A stretch of 63,839 bases of DNA, the filler included, from Basidioascus undulatus (taxonomy: Eukaryota): assembly GCA_000826855.1 (NCBI GenBank). It is 10 parts of 10 records of this genome, joined end to end, with 100 filler letters (N's around TTAATTAATTAA, not from the genome) between each part and the next. Parts side by side here need not be neighbours in the genome. Positions count along the whole stretch, not along the records: positions 38,613 to 63,839 come from JTLS01000222.1; 9 more parts are not named here. One strand, written 5' to 3'. This document shows, in pieces, positions 60,301-63,839 of this stretch. Below the pieces are notes generated by a model. It saw only the letters and a list, made by a program, of their open reading frames with translations. It did not search any database and was not told the DNA's origin. The number at the start of each line of letters is the position of its first letter. The stretch's first letter is position 1. Made by a program: the position numbers and the translations under genes.

Positions 60301-62634
60301 CAACCAGTCCCTCCGCACGATCAGCATCTGCTACCGCGACCTGCCGTCGTGGCCGCCGAAGGGCGCGAACGTCAACGAGGAGGGCGAAGTCGACTACAAG
60401 GACCTCGCGAAGGACCTCACGCTCGTCGCCGTTACCGCTATCGAGGACCCGCTCCGCCCTAGTGTCTCGGAGGCCGTTGCGAAGTGCCAGAAGGCCGGCG
60501 TTATGGTCAAGATGTGCACGGGTGACAACGTCCTTACCGCTCGGTGGGTCGTTTCTCCCTGGCGCACTTCACTTCTCGCGCAGGAATGGAATGCTCTGCT
60601 GACACTGCGACTTGGAACCTCCGCAGCTCGATCGCGATCCAGTGCGGGATCTTCACGCCCGGCGGGCTGGTCATGGAGGGCGTTGCGTTCCGCGCGCTCT
60701 CGTCGGAGCAGAAGAAGGAGGTCGTGCCGCGGCTGCAGGTGCTTGCGCGCTCGTCGCCGCAGGACAAGGAGGACCTCGTCAGCGCGCTCAAGGAGCTTGG
60801 CGAGGTTGTCGGCGTCACCGGCGACGGTACGAACGACGCGCCCGCGCTCAAGAAGGCCAACGTCGGCTTCTCGATGGGCATCGCCGGCACGGAGGTCGCC
60901 AAAGAGGCATCGGACATCGTGCTTATGGACGACAATGTGAGTGGGTCGGCGGTCGCGGCGTGTTGGGGCAGAGAAGCTGATGAGCTTGGATGGGCGGGCG
61001 ACAGTTCGCCAGCATCGTCTCCGCTATTATGTGGGGTCGCTGTGTCAACGACTCGGTCAAGAAGTTCCTTCAGGTGCGTTTGCGCGGACTTGCGGCATCG
61101 CCTCGCTCGAAGCTGATCCCGGGCACGCGTCGCAGTTCCAACTCTCCGTCAACATCACCGCCGTCGTCATCACCTTCGTCACCGCCGTCGCGTCCAACTC
61201 TGAGGAGTCGGTGCTCAGCGCCGTCCAGCTGCTTTGGGTCAACCTGATCATGGAGTGCGTCGTGATCGCTTCCAAGTCCCCTTTCATCTGTGCACGAAAC
61301 TGACTCCTGCGCCTCGGATTTTGTCAGCACCTTCGCCGCTCTCGCACTCGCCACCGACCCCGCTACGCCCGCGCTGCTCAACCGCAAGCCGGACAGGAAG
61401 GACGCGCCGCTCATCACCGTCGGCAGTACGTGCAGTTTCAGCTCTCTCATCTCACCAAGTCGCAGCTCGCTGACTTCTCCCCGCTCACCGCGCACAGTGA
61501 TGAAGATGATCACCATCCAGGCCATCTTCCAGATCGTCGTCGCCTTCGTCCTCCACTTTGCCGGGCGCGACATCCTCGGCCTCATGAAGGGCTACAGCAA
61601 CGAGACGGAGGAGGGCCAGTACAACGCCCAGGGCGCGGAGCTCAAGGCGCTCGTGTTCAACACGTTCGTTTGGTGCCAGATCTGTGCGTCTTCTTTTCTT
61701 GCTGTTGTTCAGTGCTCCGGCGTGCGGGAGAGCTCACCTGTTTCTGGGATCGGGCAACAGTCAACCAGCTCAACTGTCGCCGTCTTGACAACAAATTCAA
61801 CGTACTCGAAGGCTTCTTCCGCAACTATTGGTTCATGGCGATCTTCCTCATCAGTGCGTAACGTTCGCCTACAAGTTACGTTGTTGAACCTTCGCTGACG
61901 GAGACTCCTCGGCGACCACAGTGGCCGGCGGTCAGACCCTCATCGTCTTCGTCGGTGGCGCGGCGTTCCAGGTCACCCGTCTCGGCGGGCGCGACTGGGC
62001 GATCAGCATCATCATCGGCCTCATCTCGCTGCCAATCGGCGCGCTCGTGCGTTGCATTCCGAACGAGCCCCTCGAGCGCTTCGCGATCAAGTGGAAGATC
62101 ATCCCCGACCCGGACGCGCTCCCGCTGCACTCGCCCATGGCGGACGAGGACGCGAAGGACAAGGAAGTCCAGGACCCCGTCAACGACTCGCTCGCCGTCC
62201 TCGGCGCCATCCGCGGCGGCCGCTTGCGCTCGTCCTCCATCGTCCAGCGCAGCCGGTACTCCAAGCCCGAGAAGGGCTCCCACCTCCGCGGCCTCGTCAT
62301 CCTCCCCACCATCGTCGCGTCCGGCGTTGGCGCGTCCCCACACTCGTACCGCCCGACGGAGAGGGGCTCGTTCTCCGACCCGGCTGGGACCGACCCCAGT
62401 CGCTCGACTGCGGCGCTGTGGAGTGGGAAGGTGCAAATACATCCCCAGACGAACCCGGAAGATGCTGTGTGAGTCTTTCATCCACCTCCCCTGGATAAAT
62501 CGAGAGGACCATTTGGCTGACCGATTGCCTGCCTTTCTCCTCGTAGGTGGACGAAGTTCGGCAGTGGCTCGCCCTCCGCGCGGTCAAGATCGGGCTCGTC
62601 CACAGGCGACGACGCCCCTGCCCCTTCATCATAG
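57396..62634 (+). CDS. PMC1: P2B-type Ca2+-transporting ATPase (vacuolar PMC1/PMCA-like)
   Basis: '[20 protein letters not shown]', '[10 protein letters not shown]', 'VPEGLPLAVT', phosphorylation site 'CTDKTGTL', 'KGASE', 'TGDN', '[11 protein letters not shown]', '[11 protein letters not shown]'. About 13 GT-AG introns; TAG 62632-62634. Confidence 0.95.
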
Positions 62635-63042
62635 TCTTTGAACACTTAATGTCGCCTGGACCGTTTGGTCTTGATGTACTTTTTACTTCTTGGTGCTGGT
62701 GCACGAACGTTTCTATGTTACGACCTTTAACGACACTCCTTGCTCTCGCGCTCCTGTCCTGTCCCTGTGTCTTGACATCGACTATCCTCATACCACTACC
62801 GCATACATGCATATTCTAGGCACACTTTTCTGTCCATGTGCTGCCAACATGAGGGCGAAAGAACGAAATTTCTGGATGATGCGAGGCAGCGAGGTGCGAC
62901 GCGTCCCGAACGCGAGCTTGGAAGACGGAAGGCAAGCCGCAACGCGTGCGTCTGCTTGACCCTGAACCAACAGCTTCCTCAGCCTCTCGCTTGCTCACCC
63001 TCGCCATCGACTTTTCGCTGGCCACTGGAACCACCAGACACG

Positions 63043-63839
63043 ATGGTTGTCCACAAAGGCGCCATGAACGCGTACCGCGAGATGCCGCGGACGTGGTCTG
63101 ACTTCATCAACGTCGGCTTCGAGGAGGGCCAGCGTACGTCTCGGTTTGAGTAACTGACCCGCTCAACTGCTCCCGTTCATTGTTCTTTTGCACAGTCGAC
63201 GAAGGCGTCAATGATCTTGAGAGTATGCGCTGCTCGAGCGATGTGCCCTCTGAGTACGTCTGATAGCTCTGGCCCGCTCGGAGAGGTGCTGATAGCGGGA
63301 CCTTTCCAGATCCCACATCCGCCAGCTCTTCTACCTCGCCCTGGACCCGACCACGCCTGAAGAGCGAGCGGAGGCCAAGCGAAAGGAGCGCAAGGCCCGG
63401 CGTCAGCAAGGGCTTTCGAGCGCGCAGACGCGCACGGCGCTCGTCCCCGAGCGGGAGACGTGCCATCTCGCGCTCAACGAGCTTCATCTCCTCCTGCGTA
63501 CGCACCCGCCGGCAGCCCTCTCCTCGGCGTTGCCGAGCCGTGCGGTGCGGCGGGACGGGCCGGAGCCGGACGACGGGGAGGACGCGAGTCAGCTCGCCAG
63601 GGAGGGCGTCAAGGTCCGGCGGAAGAGGGACGTCTGGGAGTGCTTGGGCGAGGGCGCGATGAAGGGTAAGGGTCGCGCGAGGCCGGTGCCGGTCAAGGGG
63701 ACCAGGGCGCGGAGGGCAGCGGCGGCGGCGGCTGCTGCCGCTGAGGAGGACGAGGAGGATCCTGCGCTGCTGCGCCCTGTGGGCGAGCGCGCATGGCCGG
63801 CTGTGGGCTTCCTCGTCTCCCTGTTTGAGGCGGACGAAC
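63043..63839 (+). CDS. Hypothetical protein, 5' part (runs off window)
   Basis: Spliced frame 'MVVHKGAMNAYREMPRTWSDFINVGFEEGQ..HIRQLFYLALDP..DVWECLGEG..VGERAWPAVGFLVSLFEADE' with GC3 bias. Confidence 0.65.

Overview
GC-rich, intron-dense eukaryotic DNA, almost certainly from a basidiomycete fungus: short GT/GC-AG introns with GCTGAC/CTAAC branch sites and fungal-type gene products. The window is not contiguous. It is ten contigs joined by artificial 100-nt N44-TTAATTAATTAA-N44 linkers: nine of about 4.2 kb, then one of more than 25 kb (38613-63839). The ORF track is mostly uninformative because of the introns, so I reconstructed gene models by eye. Apparently functional genes (several cut by contig ends): Cap64/Cas3-like esterase, QCR2, a PPR protein, a small secreted thaumatin-like protein, PIG3-type quinone oxidoreductase, HMP1/CsbD-like protein, RIB7, an alpha/beta-hydrolase, a protein with a retropepsin-like domain, AFG1-like ATPase, a coiled-coil protein with a Rab11-FIP-like tail, SelO/FMP40, a glycine-rich RRM protein, PMC1 Ca2+-ATPase and several hypothetical proteins. 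Interleaved with them are at least six intron-retaining pseudogenes (AKR7, ABCG, GH28 rhamnogalacturonase, Pom33/TMEM33, PP2A catalytic subunit, and an ORF broken only by in-frame TAGs). Also present are a GIY-YIG endonuclease-like fragment resembling mitochondrial intron ORFs and a telomere-like TTAGG/G4 tract directly upstream of the thaumatin-like gene. No rRNA, tRNA, CRISPR array or intact transposon was seen, and I cannot demonstrate a new multi-gene system. All family calls are from motif recognition, not database searches.
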